Assembly: GCF_024521635.1 (NCBI RefSeq)
Contig: NW_026250408.1
Location: 1,178,001 to 1,242,000, forward strand
Source of the DNA: Tricharina praecox
Taxonomy: Eukaryota
Length of the DNA stretch: 64,000 nucleotides
Direction of reading: 5' to 3'
Shown here: positions 1-13,225 of the stretch, in pieces
How the letters are laid out: every line of letters begins with the position of its first letter
Numbering within the stretch: position 1 is the first letter of the stretch
Notes under the pieces: generated by a model
The model's input: only the letters and a program-made list of their open reading frames with translations
Told to the model about the DNA's origin: nothing
The model's database searches: none
Made by a program: the position numbers and the translations under genes

Positions 1-2017
1 GACGAGCAGCGGCTGGCCAGTCTTGCGGGCCTTCGAGTTAAGCATTCCCTGGGCGCGCAGCTCCTCCCGTTGGATCTTGCGTAGCTTCTTCTTCTCTCTG
101 TCGCGCTGCCAGGAAGTCGCCATCTGCGCCTCCATATCTGAGTCTGATAGGTTGAGATCTGGCATAATCTTTCCCTTACCCTTCTTCTTGCTGACGATCG
201 ATGGCCTTTCCCAATCCATGACGAAGCCGTCGTACTCTTCAGCCATCTTGGATGCGGAGGGGTAATGACCTGACCTGGGATCGGGCGTGATGTCAGGCAG
301 TCCTTGACGTGATTTACGTTTCTTATTCTGTTTGCGACGCTGGCCAATAGGGAAGAAGTCGTCATCCAGATCCATAATCTCAGGGAAGCCATCGTCAACA
401 ATACCCAGCATTTTCCGCTCCTCGTGACGCTGCAGCATACGGGCAAGTTTGAGATCCAGATCTTCATCGTTCTCGTCATCATCCTCGTCTTCTTCGTCAT
501 CTTCCTCATCGGAGCTGTCTGAACCGCTGCTTTCTGACATCTGTGCCGCCTGCTTAGCTACGAAGGTTTCGAACTTCTTGATATGAGCCGCAGCCGACGA
601 ATCAAGAATATCAGCAAGAGTCCAAGTGGCGTCGTCGGTCTCGTAGCCGTCCCACTTTATTAGGTACTGCAAACCGCTGGGACGAGAACGTTTCCGGAGA
701 ACCGATGAGATCACACCCTTAGGGCCTTCGTCGTCGGTGCTCACGGCATCAAAGTCCTCGAGCCGATCTTCCGTCCAGCCAATCTTGTACCGGCGAACAG
801 CATCAGAGTCCGAAGCTTCCTCATCCTCGTCGGTCGATGAGTCGTCGACCCATGCGGAATCGTCGACATCGAGGTCGCGAAGATTAACTGTCATGGTAGG
901 CTGATTGCCGCCACTCGCCAACGCTTCTTCCCGCATCTGAGCCGCGATATTCTCGATGTAGTCCTCGGCTGCTTCATCAAGGCCGCGACCGCGCTTGGGC
1001 GGCTTGCGGCGTTTGTTCCCTTGCGTGGCTCGCTTGTTAAATTTGCCTTTGGATTCGAGTCGGACAAAGTCTTCCTCCGGCTCTGGTGTCTTGGCTTCTA
1101 TAAGCTGCGGTAGGGCTATAGATGTGGATGATACAACAATCGTGGAGGCAGTAGTAGTCACAACAACTGGTTCAGTGCGGATGAACGGTTCGGGACTGAC
1201 GAAGGTGGTGGTAGCAGGCTTGGTAGTCTTCTTCTGTGACTTAGGCGGCGGGGCACCACGTCGACCCTTGGGTACAAAGACAATCTTCTCACTGGTATTG
1301 GATGAGATGGAAGGAGTTGGCGATGGGGCTCGCACGACGGGAGCCTCAAACTTCGGTACGACATTGGTATCGCCAGTAAGGTCCATGACGAATTCTAAGT
1401 TCTCCTCCGATTCCTTCTCCACCGGTTCAGCCATCTCGTTACCACCCAGATCGAGCTTACCGACGTCGAGCCCTTCCATCTTGTCCTCGTCGAGTCCGGC
1501 TATCTTGTCCTCGTCGCTTGACTGCTTCTCGGCTGATAGAGGCGTTGAAATCTCTGCCGGGGTGGTGGTTGGTGACGAATCAATTCCCTCCGCGGGTCCA
1601 TCCCTACCCATCGTCTCGTCGCGAACTTCCTCACCAGGCTCCGCATTGAGGGGTTTCAACAGGTCGGCAGGGTCGAGTGCGCCGGCTGGGATGAAGCTGA
1701 TTGGACCCAATGTTCGAAGTTGCGAGCTCCAACTGTGTCGTTCCGTATTCCGCGCCTCTTCCCGCATCGAAAACGCTGTCGAAACATCAGCAGCTATATC
1801 TACGGGGAGCAAGACAAGACAAACCATGGCTACCCGGCGAGCCCGGATATTCCTCAGATTGGAATTGACTGTCCCTGCCACCGAAATCTGTACCTCCGCG
1901 TCCACGACCACGCCCGCCTCCGCCTCTACCTCTGTAGCCTCCTCGTGCGCCGCCACCACGCGAACTCCCTTCTCCAGCGTTGCCACCTCCTCTTCCTCTA
2001 CCCCTGTAGCGTCCCAT
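1..2017 (-). CDS. SQS1: Sqs1/Pfa1-like protein (R3H/G-patch family), 5' part; runs off the window start
   Basis: ATG at 2017 and RGG-rich exon 1 (2017-1825). A GT..AG intron at 1824-1776 is followed by an open frame with FSMREEARNTERH, a chromo-like RKRSRPSGLQYLIKWDGY motif and MDWERPS..DLNLSDSDME..W.RDREKKK..REELRAQG, as recalled for filamentous-fungal Sqs1. The R3H and G-patch domains would lie outside the window. Confidence 0.75.
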
Positions 2018-2882
2018 TTTATTGACGCTCTCGAGCTGAGCTGAGCCGAGTTGAGTGGAGTTGTGGTTTGTTGTGTCGTCGACGATTGGTTGTTGCTGTG
2101 GTGTGGTGGGGTGTCGTGGTGGGGTGAATTAAAGAAGGAGGAAGGCCTCGCTCGGAGATGGGTGTGACGTGAAGTTGGTTGGGAACCAGCCTTTCGGTGG
2201 CACACAGCTTACTAGTGTGGCGCTCATCTGGAGTGAGGATGAGTGCATGTGGCTCCAAGCTTGACGTATGTGGCTGTGCGGCACGTAGCTGTCTCCAAGC
2301 AACCGAACGAACACTTCGCCGCCGCAGCAGATACCATCACGACTCGCCGACGAGAGATCAAGAGTAACAGTCTCCGCTAGAAAGCCTCTTCCTACTCGTA
2401 TTCAAGCCACTATCGGCTCTTCCAACCGCTCCCTACTATCACCATCCTCGCTATTGCTTGCTGTGGTTCATAGCGAGGAGTTGAGGCGAAGTGAGCTCCC
2501 CCGCAGCTATCACTATCTTAAAGCACCTACCACTACTCCATATCCCCACATATCCCGCCCTCTGCGGAGGTAGAGTACGCTACACAGCGGAGGGGTAGGG
2601 TGTATACTGAGTACTCCACAGGACATCCTGCATGTAGCTCACAAGGAAAGGAAACCGATCCCGATACGTCAGCAACATCCCAAGCCAAAGCCTTGAGACC
2701 GCAAGACCTCCAGATCAACCCACGCGCCCGCCCACCAACTCGACCACCTCGACTCCACCCCCGTGCCATCTCTCCTCTACGTACACAGACACGCACACGC
2801 CACAGGCACAAGGCACACCCTCACCCACCCGCGACTCTGCAAACCCGAGTAGGCAGCAGGTGCGGGAAAGTTCCCCAAGAAC

Positions 2883-4271
2883 ATGAATAGCATGTCCTTC
2901 TCCACGCTCAACACCAGTTTCCAGCGCGTCGTCCAGCAGATCAACTACCTGTGGGATCCTGAGCCCAAAAACACCGAGCCCATGTCCGCGATCTGGCTTC
3001 TGGGGCAGGAATACGCCTCGCCCACACCACCCCCTCCCGCCGCCGCCGCCGCCACCACCACCTCCAACGCCGCCACCACAGATGCCGAAATCCAGTCGAC
3101 ATGGCCGCGGGCCTTTCTGGACGACTTCGAGAGCCGCGTATGGATGACGTATCGCAGCGACTTCGTACCGATACCGCGCTCGCCGCAAGGGACACAGGGA
3201 ATGTCGATTATGACGAGTATGCGGGCGCATCTGCCGGCGCACTCGCAGGGCTTCACTAGCGATCAGGGTTGGGGGTGTATGGTGCGGTCGGGACAGTGTG
3301 TTCTGGCCAACGCGCTGCTCGTATTCCGTTTCGGTCGAGGTCTGTATTTCCTCTACGAGCTACAGCTTGCGGTCGAGAAACAAGAGTAATGTTGACGTTG
3401 TTTGGTGCGATCAGAATGGAGAAAGGGCCAGTGTCTCGACGAAGAAAAGAAGCTCCTGGCGCTCTTTGCCGACGACCCATCCGCGCCCTTCTCGATCCAC
3501 AAATTCGTGCACCAAGGCGAGCTGCGCGACATTCACAGTGGCCAGTGGTTCGGTCCGACGCCGACCGCGCAGTGCATAAAGTGCGTACCCATCCACCTCT
3601 CCGGCCTGTGCGTACTGATGGTGTTTCCGCAGAGCTCTTACAGAGGCGTACCCGAACACCGGACTACGGGTGCATATGACCTTTGAAGGTGGCAACGTAT
3701 ACGAAGACACATTCCGTGGGACGGCGATAGTGGATGGCGTTTTCCAGCCAACACTTCTACTCATCGTCACTCGCCTCGGCGTTGACTCCATCAACCCCCT
3801 CTATTGGGAACCGCTCAAGTCCACTCTGCAAATGAAGCAGTCCATCGGCATAGCTGGGTGTGTACCCGCCTGGCATTCGTCCCTTCCCAAGCTTCGCTAA
3901 CACCCCCTAGCGGTCGCCCCTCAAGCTCCCACTACTTCGTCGGTGTGCAGGGCGAGTACCTCTTCTACCTAGATCCGCACGTGGTGCGTCCGCGCCTCAC
4001 GGGCACCACTGACGCGGACGTCGAGAGCTGCCACACGGTGCGGCTGCGGCGGTTACACCTGCGCGAGGTGGACCCCAGCATGATGTTTGCGTTTCTCATC
4101 CGCAGCGAAGAGGAGTGGACGGAGTGGAAGACGGCGATCGCGGCGGCGAAGGGGCGCGCGGTCATCACCGTCGGCGAGAAGGAGCCGGATAATAAGGGGA
4201 CTACGGAGAGGAGCGAGGCCATCGATGAGGTTATCAGCGAGAGTGAGGATGAGGGCGGGCTTTTGGGGTAG
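2883..4271 (+). CDS. ATG4: Autophagy cysteine protease Atg4 (peptidase C54)
   Basis: Exons 2883-3339, 3415-3580, 3633-3857 and 3911-4271 with canonical introns. Motifs include [21 protein letters not shown] (catalytic Cys), [23 protein letters not shown] and VDPSM. Confidence 0.95.
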
Positions 4272-4899
4272 GATTTGTTATTTGCTCGGGTTGGATGGGT
4301 TGGATGGGTGCTCGTTGGTGTAAAGAACACCGTTTTGTGCTGCGCTGCCTCGCTTGTTTGCTTGTTGTTACTTGACATAACGACTACCCACTCCCGCGCG
4401 GGGATGGTTGGATTATAGATACATGCATGATATATGAATGAACTGATACTTGCCAAATTCGTATCTATCCTGTCGTGAAATGTTGTTCCAAGTTGTCTTG
4501 TAATTATGCCGGTCCTCCTCCTGAAACCTCACGAGACCGGATAGGTCACTCGTTGCGCAGTCATGTGCCCTGGAAGTTCGTCTTCACGATCATCCCACCC
4601 CACCCCACCCCACACGTACGTAGCTCTAAGTGCCCCCTTCGCAGCGCTCTTAGGTCTTGACGGCAGCCCCGAGATCTCCGCCCTACTGTCGATATCTAGT
4701 TCTAATGGGGGTAGTGCGGCGTGCTGCGTGCGGCGTGTGGGTTGCTAGGCGCGATTGCGTTCATGCCAGTGTCGGCATTTCTTGGAAGTCTGAGAAGCTT
4801 GGTGCTTTCATAGGATCACTCAGTCGAGGCTTGAAGTGCTATCAAGGCACTCGTAGCCGGAAAGTGAAGTTTGCATCCTGTCTCCAATCTGTTTCCGTC

Positions 4900-5880
4900 T
4901 GTTGCCTCGAGTGATCATACATAAGTCGCTATCACACGGGAAGCATGGATTGTCACTCTTGGATTGTCCGATTGTCACGTGTTTGTTTCATTCATCCTTC
5001 ATAGTTATCACTCGTTTGTTCACCTTTGTCAGGTGTTTACTCTTCTACTTGGCCGGCTTGTGGTTTGCTCATTCTCTCATGTTCTGGTCATACTGTTTGC
5101 TCTCATTTCTGGACGAGGATCTCTTGTCTTGGAACTTATATAAGGGCCCTATCCTTTCCACCTAGGTAGATCTCTATCTCAAAGATATTCCGTCGAATAT
5201 CATCCTGCATCTCCATTGATCACCTATTCTTCAACAGGTTACATATTAGCCCAGCTCTGCGCTTCCACTGGCTATCCCATTCTATCCTACTACTATGTAT
5301 CCCACTATCACAAACCTCTTCTACCCTCTATGTACCAGTAGGTATCCCGAACCTCTCCGGAGTCCGTAGCCGATCAAACTTCCAAAATGTCAACAAACAT
5401 GACCTCAACCACCCCTACTACGTACTCCAAGTTTTCAACGAGTTTGGTACCTTCGCCAAGCGCAACGGTATGAAATACAACAACTGGAAACCGCTCTACT
5501 CGAATCACACCACGTTCTCAACATCGTCTTCGGTAAAGAACTCGAATCTACCCTCGAAGAAGAAGGCGTTTCAGCTATACAGAGGTTTCCACTTCCCGAA
5601 GGCTGAGGCCCCTACCAAAGGAACCCATCCGTACATACCTACTGCGAACGACTGAATGTCTACCGCGCACCCCGGTCTCCTGAAAGGCTCTGACGAAGAG
5701 ATCACGGACTGACAAAGCGATCATGAGTCATGTCTATGCTACCGTGTCCAAGCAAAAGTTCTCCAACGTCATAGACATCCTTAGCCACGATAAACCTCGT
5801 TCTGAAATAACCATAGACGGCGTCGCCAAGCGTCTTTATCACGTCAGGAAAGTCTACGAAATTAATGCTATTGGAGACCC
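4900..5880 (+). mobile_element. Degenerate Ty1/copia relic: putative LTR (about 4900-5236), PBS and broken gag
   Basis: TGTTG (4900)...CAACA (5236) with a TATATAA near 5137, followed by GGTTA[CATA]TTAGCCC, which resembles the copia PBS GGTTATGAGCCC. Broken frames give AKRNGMKYNNWK, LLESHHVLNIVFGKE and KFSNVIDILSH, similar to copia Gag N-termini. The left LTR boundary is uncertain. Confidence 0.5.
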
Positions 5881-5917
5881 ACACTCGGGAACCGCCCTAT
5901 CGTCGAGAGTAAATCTT

Positions 5918-6075
5918 CAGTGCTCGCGATAGACCAGTCCGGACGGCAGTCCAGTCGATAAAATTGGAGGACGGTTTAAATTCAGTCCGTCCCAAAGATT
6001 TGCCGCCTCGGACTACAGTCGACTACAGTCGACTGACAGACTGCCACTCTCCGAAATTTTTGGGTCGAACTATGT
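5918..6075. mobile_element. Truncated end of the hAT-type MITE family also seen at 30.2-31.2 kb
   Basis: Starts CAGTGCTCGCGATAGACCAGTCC, compared with the MITE TIR CAGTGTTCGACATAGTCCAGTCC. Contains the same AGTCC/GGACG/GGACT subterminal motifs. Confidence 0.5.
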
Positions 6076-6339
6076 GGCTAGCGGGCAGAACGCTTTCAAC
6101 CTATCACGTGTTCCCTTTTCAGCTCTCTATCTCTTACCCCACCGTCGTCTAAATAAATCCACAGTGGCTTCAGCGCTTGGCAACGTCAAGGGGAAGTTGA
6201 TGCAGATGGAGCAGGTGCACTGTCTGCCGCGAAGGTAAATAGCAGATGGGACTGCAAGCGCCGTACACTACCGGTACAACGTGTTGAGCATTGAGACATG
6301 ATGGAGGTTTTCCAGCAGGAACCGACTCGTCACTCCATG

Positions 6340-6665
6340 CGATTCCATCGACAATGTGGTACAGTACTCGGCGAATAAATCACATGAACCTAGCTAGAAA
6401 GATCTCGCCAGAATGGGCCTCGAGTAGGTATTTGAGCATTCCCGCCATGAGCGTAGAGCCGGAACGCAGAGCCGGAACGAGTTTTTAGTGGGGCTAAAAT
6501 CACATACTCTCATCGCCGCTGCAGCATGGGTGAGGACGCACTGGAGGCACTGGAATGTCTGGAATGTCTCAAAAGCTGGCAAAGAGATGGTCTTGTAGCT
6601 GTTATAAAGGGCGATATCAAGGAGATGGAGACTATGCTCAATGCTCTGTGCGAGGAGGATCAAAA
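6340..6665 (+). pseudogene. hAT transposase C-terminal dimerisation-domain relic
   Basis: After removing small insertions and duplications it reads DLARMGLEYLSIPAMSVEPER-VFSGAKIT..RRCSMGEDALEALECLKSWQ, the hAT dimerisation-domain signature. Confidence 0.8.
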
Positions 6666-6723
6666 CGTGTATCTCTGTATCTACTGCAGTATGGACAAGT
6701 TACAACCACACTGCCGACGAAGA

Positions 6724-7079
6724 ATGCGGACGACGCCGTCGTAAGCACGCCCGCGCGCGCAACGACACCGAGTTTGCAGACCAGACTACCGGTATCCCCT
6801 AGTGCTACTACTGCGACGAATCTGGACATTGCAGCAAAGAATGATCCGCGGAGAAGAGAGAGAGTAGAGGCGGATGCGGCGCAACCGATCTAGATAGGTC
6901 AACCAACGAGAAAGGCTGTGGCATTGACACGAGGTCGGAAAGGACGAGGATAAGCACATATTCGGAGACATGGACTGTCACTCGGGGAACGTCACTCGTG
7001 GATTGTCACTCGGGGAATGTCACTCGTGAACTGTCACTCGTGGTCTGACACTCGTGGCCTGTCACTTGTGCGCACTGTA
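6724..7079 (+). mobile_element. 3' end of a Tc1/mariner (pogo/Fot1-like) transposon relic
   Basis: Decayed zinc knuckle CYYCDESGHCSKE* at 6803-6844. Seven 14-bp repeats with a TGTCACTCG core start at 6976, 6990, 7004, 7018, 7032, 7046 and 7060, ending CACTG|TA at 7073-7079. Confidence 0.5.
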
Positions 7080-8102
7080 TTGTGCACCCAGTCCATAGCT
7101 GTGTTTGACAGTGGCGTGAAAACGGTGGCCGTATGCGTGTATGGGTGTATGAGTGGGTATTGCCATGATCTACTCAGTGGGCAGCTACTCGTGAAGAACG
7201 GCAAGCCGACGACGTTCCTGCAAGTTGCACGCATTAGCAACCGTGCCTCTCCCGGCGCCCAAAGCCGAGTTGTTCCGTGCGCTGCAAGAGGACACGCCGA
7301 CAAGCACTCGCTCTCCGTCGCCGGTTTGTGAGCTGCCCAACCCTCCCGACGATCCTGACGAGATCGTCTTGCGCGCTACCGTTGATGCCGCGGGCCTACG
7401 GGCCTGCGGCGGCGGCAAGGAATTGGTACCTATGTCCTAGATGGTTGGGAGAAGAGCAAGACTATGTACGGTTAGGGATGTAGGCCTCGTCAATGGTGGA
7501 CCATGGGACCCGCGCTTGGAAGGTTATGGGAGAGGCATTTGTTGTTAAGGAGGTGGGGGTGGTCGGGGATGAGTTGGAGGGGGAGTAGGAGAGCTGCAAG
7601 TTTGGCGGGAAACGAGTAATACTACACTACGGAGTTCGGGGTTTTGTTTGCCCGCTGCTGGGTACGGGATGTTAATGGTGTTGATTTGGTGAGCTTTCTG
7701 GAGTTGAATTGGGCGTGTCAATGACAAACTCAGTACAAAGGCAGTAGTTTGGTTAATCGAGTCACAGAGATGAGATAGGTCGCATGTAATCAATGATGAA
7801 TCAAACAAAAACTGTGCTGTGCCCATTGTGGTCGAGTGAGGGCTGGATGGAATGCTTGTAATAGTTGATCTACCTACTATCTACCTACTTCTTGCGCGGC
7901 GTGATGCTTGGGCACTGGGCATCGCGTTTTGTGTTTTGTTTTGGCTATCTGAGCCACCTGCGTCGGCTGTAGCTGGAGAGCCCGGATTCGTGTCCGCCTC
8001 CTCGGACCACAGGACAACATGACGCCGCCGATCCGGGCCGGACGGGAGCCGTCTAGCATAGAGTGCCTACTCGGAGGGTCGGAGAGTCGGAGGATGCGGC
8101 GG

Positions 8103-8178
8103 TACTACTATATACTGGTACTGCTATATACCGGTACTGCTATATACCGGTCCTACTATATACCGGTAGCTACCGGTA
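8103..8178. repeat. About 4 copies of the 16-bp unit TACTGCTATATACCGG plus an extra TACCGGTA
   Basis: Read directly from the sequence. Confidence 0.8.
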
Positions 8179-8780
8179 GATACAAAGTATGTGGTGGGCC
8201 GATTCACGGTCATTTCCTAATTCCTATTTCCGCAGCAATTGCTGGGTGCCGGCGAGTTTGACTGTCCGAGTACTCTACTCTGTTACTCTGCCACCTCGTC
8301 TAACGAATCTACATAGAGTGCTAACGGTCCACCGTAGCTAGCAACTGAGCATGCCACAGACTTGCACAGCACAGCCCCGCCCGCTAACATCTACTAACGT
8401 CTCTATACGTCAATTCGGAGCCCGTGCGCGTCACTCGGTCTCGCTTAGCTCTTCCAGGCTCCAGACCAGGCACGCGGTGACCGGGCACGCGCGCGACGTT
8501 TCGCTGCCTGCCTGTCTGCCTGCCTGTCTGTCGCTGGAGGTGGAGCTGTCCAAGTGTGTGGAAAATAGTGGAGGGATGAAGGGAGGTTGGGACCTGGAAA
8601 CGTGGGGGGACGGGGGGGGGAGACCCAGGCAGGCGCGCTGCGCGCTGGGCGGTAAGGGTTTTATTTCTTTTTTTGTTTGCCGGGCGGTGGGCGGTGGGAA
8701 ACGACTTGCTTTACTATGACCGTATACCGGTATGTAGATAGAGTAGAGTGGGCTTTGAAGCTTGGATTCCGTCTGTTTGT

Positions 8781-8781
8781 C

Positions 8782-8844
<63 letters not shown>
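8781..8844. repeat. (CTGCCCGT)8 microsatellite
   Basis: Perfect tandem octamer. Confidence 0.95.
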
Positions 8845-8847
<3 letters not shown>

Positions 8848-11800
8848 TCTGGCCGGCTGCCACGCTGCCCGCTCGCCAGCCTATGTACAAATGCGAGAAC
8901 TGTTACTCGCCCGTGGAAGTACGATAGCTCCCTCCCGCTGTCCAGCGCCCGTCCGCCCCGCCATGCCATGCCAAGCAACCTGCGCGGCCAGTAGAGTACT
9001 CTACATACTACACACCTAACTCCAAGAGTGGAAGCCGGCCTCCCGACGGACGAAAATCACTCGCCGATCACCATCGCCATCGACATCGACATCGATCAAT
9101 TGCATCTTATCAGATTGCTAGCTCCCATTTCCCTGCAGTTCCCTGCAGTGGCAAAAAGCTAGGGAAAAGCAAAGAAAGCGAAAGCGAAAGGGAAAGGGAA
9201 AGGGAAAGGGGTCGTCGTCGGTTCGCGCCATCCGTCTGCGTCTGCACTGCAGCACGTAGGCTAGACGGGCTAGACAGGTAGGCTACCTAACCGATGCATG
9301 CTCGGTCAATCTCGTGAGTCCGTCGGTCGGCAGCCTGCGACCTGCGGCCTGCGGCGGATGGTGTTGTCGCTTCTGCATAGCTGGGTGGAAAAGTAGAGTA
9401 CGGTGTCAGCCCGGTCAGAGAATGTCCACCGCCACCGCCCCCGCCGCAAGCCACGGTGGAGCTGGGGCTTGAATGAGTGCTGTTTGACGATTATGAGAGG
9501 AGGTGGAGGAGAGAAGGAGGTGGTGGTGGTGGTGGTGGTGGTGGTGGGCTCCTTTGTTTTGCGGAGAAATACCAGCTGCACTCTACTCTACGCACCCAGC
9601 ACACCGCTCATGCAGAGAACCTGTAGACGCCCACGAACCGCAGAGCTCCCTCGCTCCCTTCCGTGCGTATTAGTACCTGCGTTATGGCTACCCAGAATGC
9701 AACTACACACTCTACACACATGTCATCTGTCCCTTTCTTTTTTCTTCCCCGTTTTTTCCCTGGATGCAGCGGCCGCCAACGCCAGCCAACTGCATCATAC
9801 GATGAATGGGGTGGATGTATGGGGTGGATGTGTGGATGAGTGGGTGGATGAATATGCACGTTCTTCACGCTTCCAGCTACCCAGGTACTCAGGTGCCTAA
9901 CTAAGCGGTTGGATATTGTAGAGTACCTTACATTCACACACACATCTGCCTATGTGTGTATGTGTGTACTCTACATACTCTACACATGCACCTGTGTGGA
10001 CTGTGGACAATACATACCCCACGGCCTTCCTGTTCGAACAGCTTGCCGGCCTCCCCCTCCCCCTCCCCCTTCCCCCGGGAGTGGAAATGTGGCAGGTACG
10101 TATGTAAGAACTGTATGTGCTGTATGTAGGTTGGAGCTGGTGACTGCTGGTAGGGGCCTGGGGATGGACACTGTTATTTTCGGAAATGTTTCCGGGGGAG
10201 GATGTGAATCCTGAAGTCGATCCGATCGGGGGCCGGGGTGCTGGGCATGTGAAGGGAGGGAGCGAGGGAGCGAGGAGAACGCCGGTGGGAACTGAGTTGA
10301 TATGTACCGTACGGTACCTAGAGACATAGGTATGGAGGTAGGTATCGCAGTGAAGCCGAAGAGTTTCATCTGCGTGCACTCTGCTGGTGGACGATGGGAG
10401 ATGCTTGGGTAGCCAAGGGATACGGTATGTACATACGGTACCGGGGGCATCTGTTGGGAAGGAAATGTTGTCACGGTATATAACCGCCGCCCGCCAGGCA
10501 TCCGCATGCTGGCATTCGTTTCTGGGCTGAGGAATCCTCTGCAAAGCTAGTAGTCACCACTTGCAAGCACTTACTTATCCATCAGTCAGGCTGGCTGTCT
10601 GTCCCTCGGAGGATCAGAGACAAAACACACCCATCAAACTACCCATCAAACTACCCATCTACCTCGAATTGGCTGGCAGGGCCGGTCAGGGGAATCGAAT
10701 CGAATGCGTCGAATGCACTCTCCACCACTCGCAAACGCCACGCAGCCCGATACGTGATTGATGCAAGGAACAGTTCTGGATCTCGCCCCGGGGGAAATAA
10801 AGGGACTCGTTTGTTTGCACATACAAAGTACTTGCAAGCGCGGGCCCCGGGAAACGGTCCACCTCACGGCCATGCCATGCGGAAGAAAGACCTGATCAAA
10901 GACATCGTTAGTTGAGTATCGCATCTAGGGCCTGAGTAGTTGGGTAAGATTTATCTACCGGTACCAAGTAATTACAGTTGTACTTGGTAAACTATCCAGT
11001 AGAATCGCTACCATCCCTTTATACTAGCATTTTGGGCACGTACCGTAAATGGTTTTGTATGTAGTGCTCGGAAATACATAAGAACTCGGCAGTGTCGCCA
11101 TATTCGCGGTACCAGTGGCATTTTCTCTCGCTTTCTCACTCTCTCTTTTTGTTTTTTGTTTTGTGCTTTTCTCTCTCCTCCTCCCTTCATTCGATTTGGT
11201 GGCTTGGTTGCGACGCATTGTGTGAGTGTGAGTGTGTGCATTGTGTGTGTATACTTGCGAGGTCAGTGTCTCTTGGTCTGGGGGTTGATGTTGTCCCATT
11301 GCCGTCGTCTTTTGCCTCTTCCGTATCCATTCGTTGTCAACGTCTGTCGTCTCCTCGGTATCCATTCGTTGTCGTTGTCTGTCGTCTCCTCCCCTTCCCA
11401 TATCCAGTCCTTGCCCGACTACGCACTCTACACAGGCATTGCCGTGGATACTACCACCACCATCATCATCATTGTCGCCGTTCCACGGAGTCATTGCCAT
11501 CCCTCCCCTCCCCTCTCCACTCCCGTTTCGAATCCTCCCAGCAACACCTCCTTCCTCCACCTTCATTCGTCCCTTCCGTCACCATCATCCCCCTCCACTA
11601 GAACATTCGGTTTCCATCGTTCGTTCCATCGTTCCATCGTTTCTTCCTTACTTCCTTCCTTCAGTTCCCCCAACTGACGCCATCCAAGCTTCGACAGGTC
11701 TATGGTATAGCCAAGTCATACATATCATACATCTTACCTATTGCACTTAGAGTACCGCGGGCAGTAGATTACCCATCAGCCCATCGACCCACATCATAGC

Positions 11801-13225
11801 ATCCCGAGCATCCCGAGCATAGTGACATAGGTACGTCCTACGTGCCCAAGTGCCTACTTCTTACTTACCTGGTTCCCAGCACACACGGCAGCATAACCAA
11901 GCACTCTACATACATCCCCGGCACAGCTACTCAAGCAGCTAGCGCTCCGTTGCATGCACCATCGCATCTCGCGTTTCTTCTTCGTCCCTTCCTCGCGTTT
12001 CCATTCTGCCTTCTGCTTCTCCTTCTGCCTCGGATTCCCTGTCGAATCCCCAAAGGAACTGGGTCTTTCCTCGTCCGCGCCGGCTCTTGGACTTCTGCAC
12101 ACCCGCGACACTGGTTTGCCTTCCGGGTGACATCCTTCGCACTTGCTCTTTTCGACCTTCGCGACTTGTCGGCGGCTTTCCCTACATACTTTCTCCCCCA
12201 TCATCATCGTCCGTCATCGTGTACCCTATACCGCGCGCTGCTATTACATATTCTCCAGGGACTTGTCGCCAATCTTGTCCTCAGCTTGCTGCTCCGGCCT
12301 GCTCCTACCTAACTACCTGCTCTTACCTACCTACCTGCTCCACTGGACCTGCTCTCCACCGAGCGCCTTTGCACTTCCCTTCTTTCGGGGGATAGCCCAC
12401 ACACCACGCGGAACCACTCACACACACCTTCCTCAACACAATAGCCGAGAATTGATACCGCACATCAATCAACCAATCTACGCTGCCCACCCCCCCTCCC
12501 TCTTCCCCGTTACTTGCTGCTCTACCTATCCAAGCAACTCACTACTCTATTATTCCTCTCCTCCTCCTCCTCCAGTAACTTGCTTGCTCTGTACCTTTTT
12601 TGAACGACAAAACTCTCCCTTCTTCTTCTTCTTCTCCACATCGCGCTTTCCGGTTGGCAGAGCCACATTGGTCCTCGAGCTCCTACCCCCCAACGACCTC
12701 CACACCCGCTACAGACACTACAATATCCAACCCGACCAACCCGACCAACCACAGCTACCGCTAAACAACGCCACTACCACCTCACAAACACCCACCTCCT
12801 CCACACCTAGCCCAGCGAACCCCTTCCTCGGATCCACCCTACATCATTCCACACGGCCACGACCCCCCGACGAAACAAATCCCCCCCCCCCCCCCCCCCC
12901 TCCCAAGAACAAGCTCGCGATCATCTTCTTCAGCCTTCTCCCTTCCCCACGCCCCCCGCTACATCAACGGCCGAGGATTCCGCTGTTCCCATCTTAACGT
13001 TGTTAATCCCTCGATTTCTCGTCGCGTCGCGGTAAAAAGGATTCGTTGAACACGGGCGGCGGGCCCTTGCGCCGATTCCCCCCCTCCCCCTCCTCCCCAC
13101 CCAACGCAGCGATTCCTACCACAAACACACCCCAACGACAACCACTCTCACAACTGCCCACCATTCCGCAACATTCAGTACACACCTTGAAGGACGTCGG
13201 TCGCAGCTGTAGCGCACCCGTCGCG

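Noticed and set aside
995..2044. 349-aa plus-strand ORF
   Set aside because: Antisense shadow of the SQS1-like exon, with no recognisable motifs.
6976..7075. CRISPR-like appearance of the 14-bp array (and of the 17.1-kb array)
   Set aside because: Eukaryotic context, no spacers of CRISPR length and no cas genes.
12143..13225. Upstream in-frame ORFs as an N-terminal extension of the RasGAP
   Set aside because: Low-complexity sequence with non-ATG starts, separated by TAA stops at 12995 and 13004; ATG 13226 fits better.
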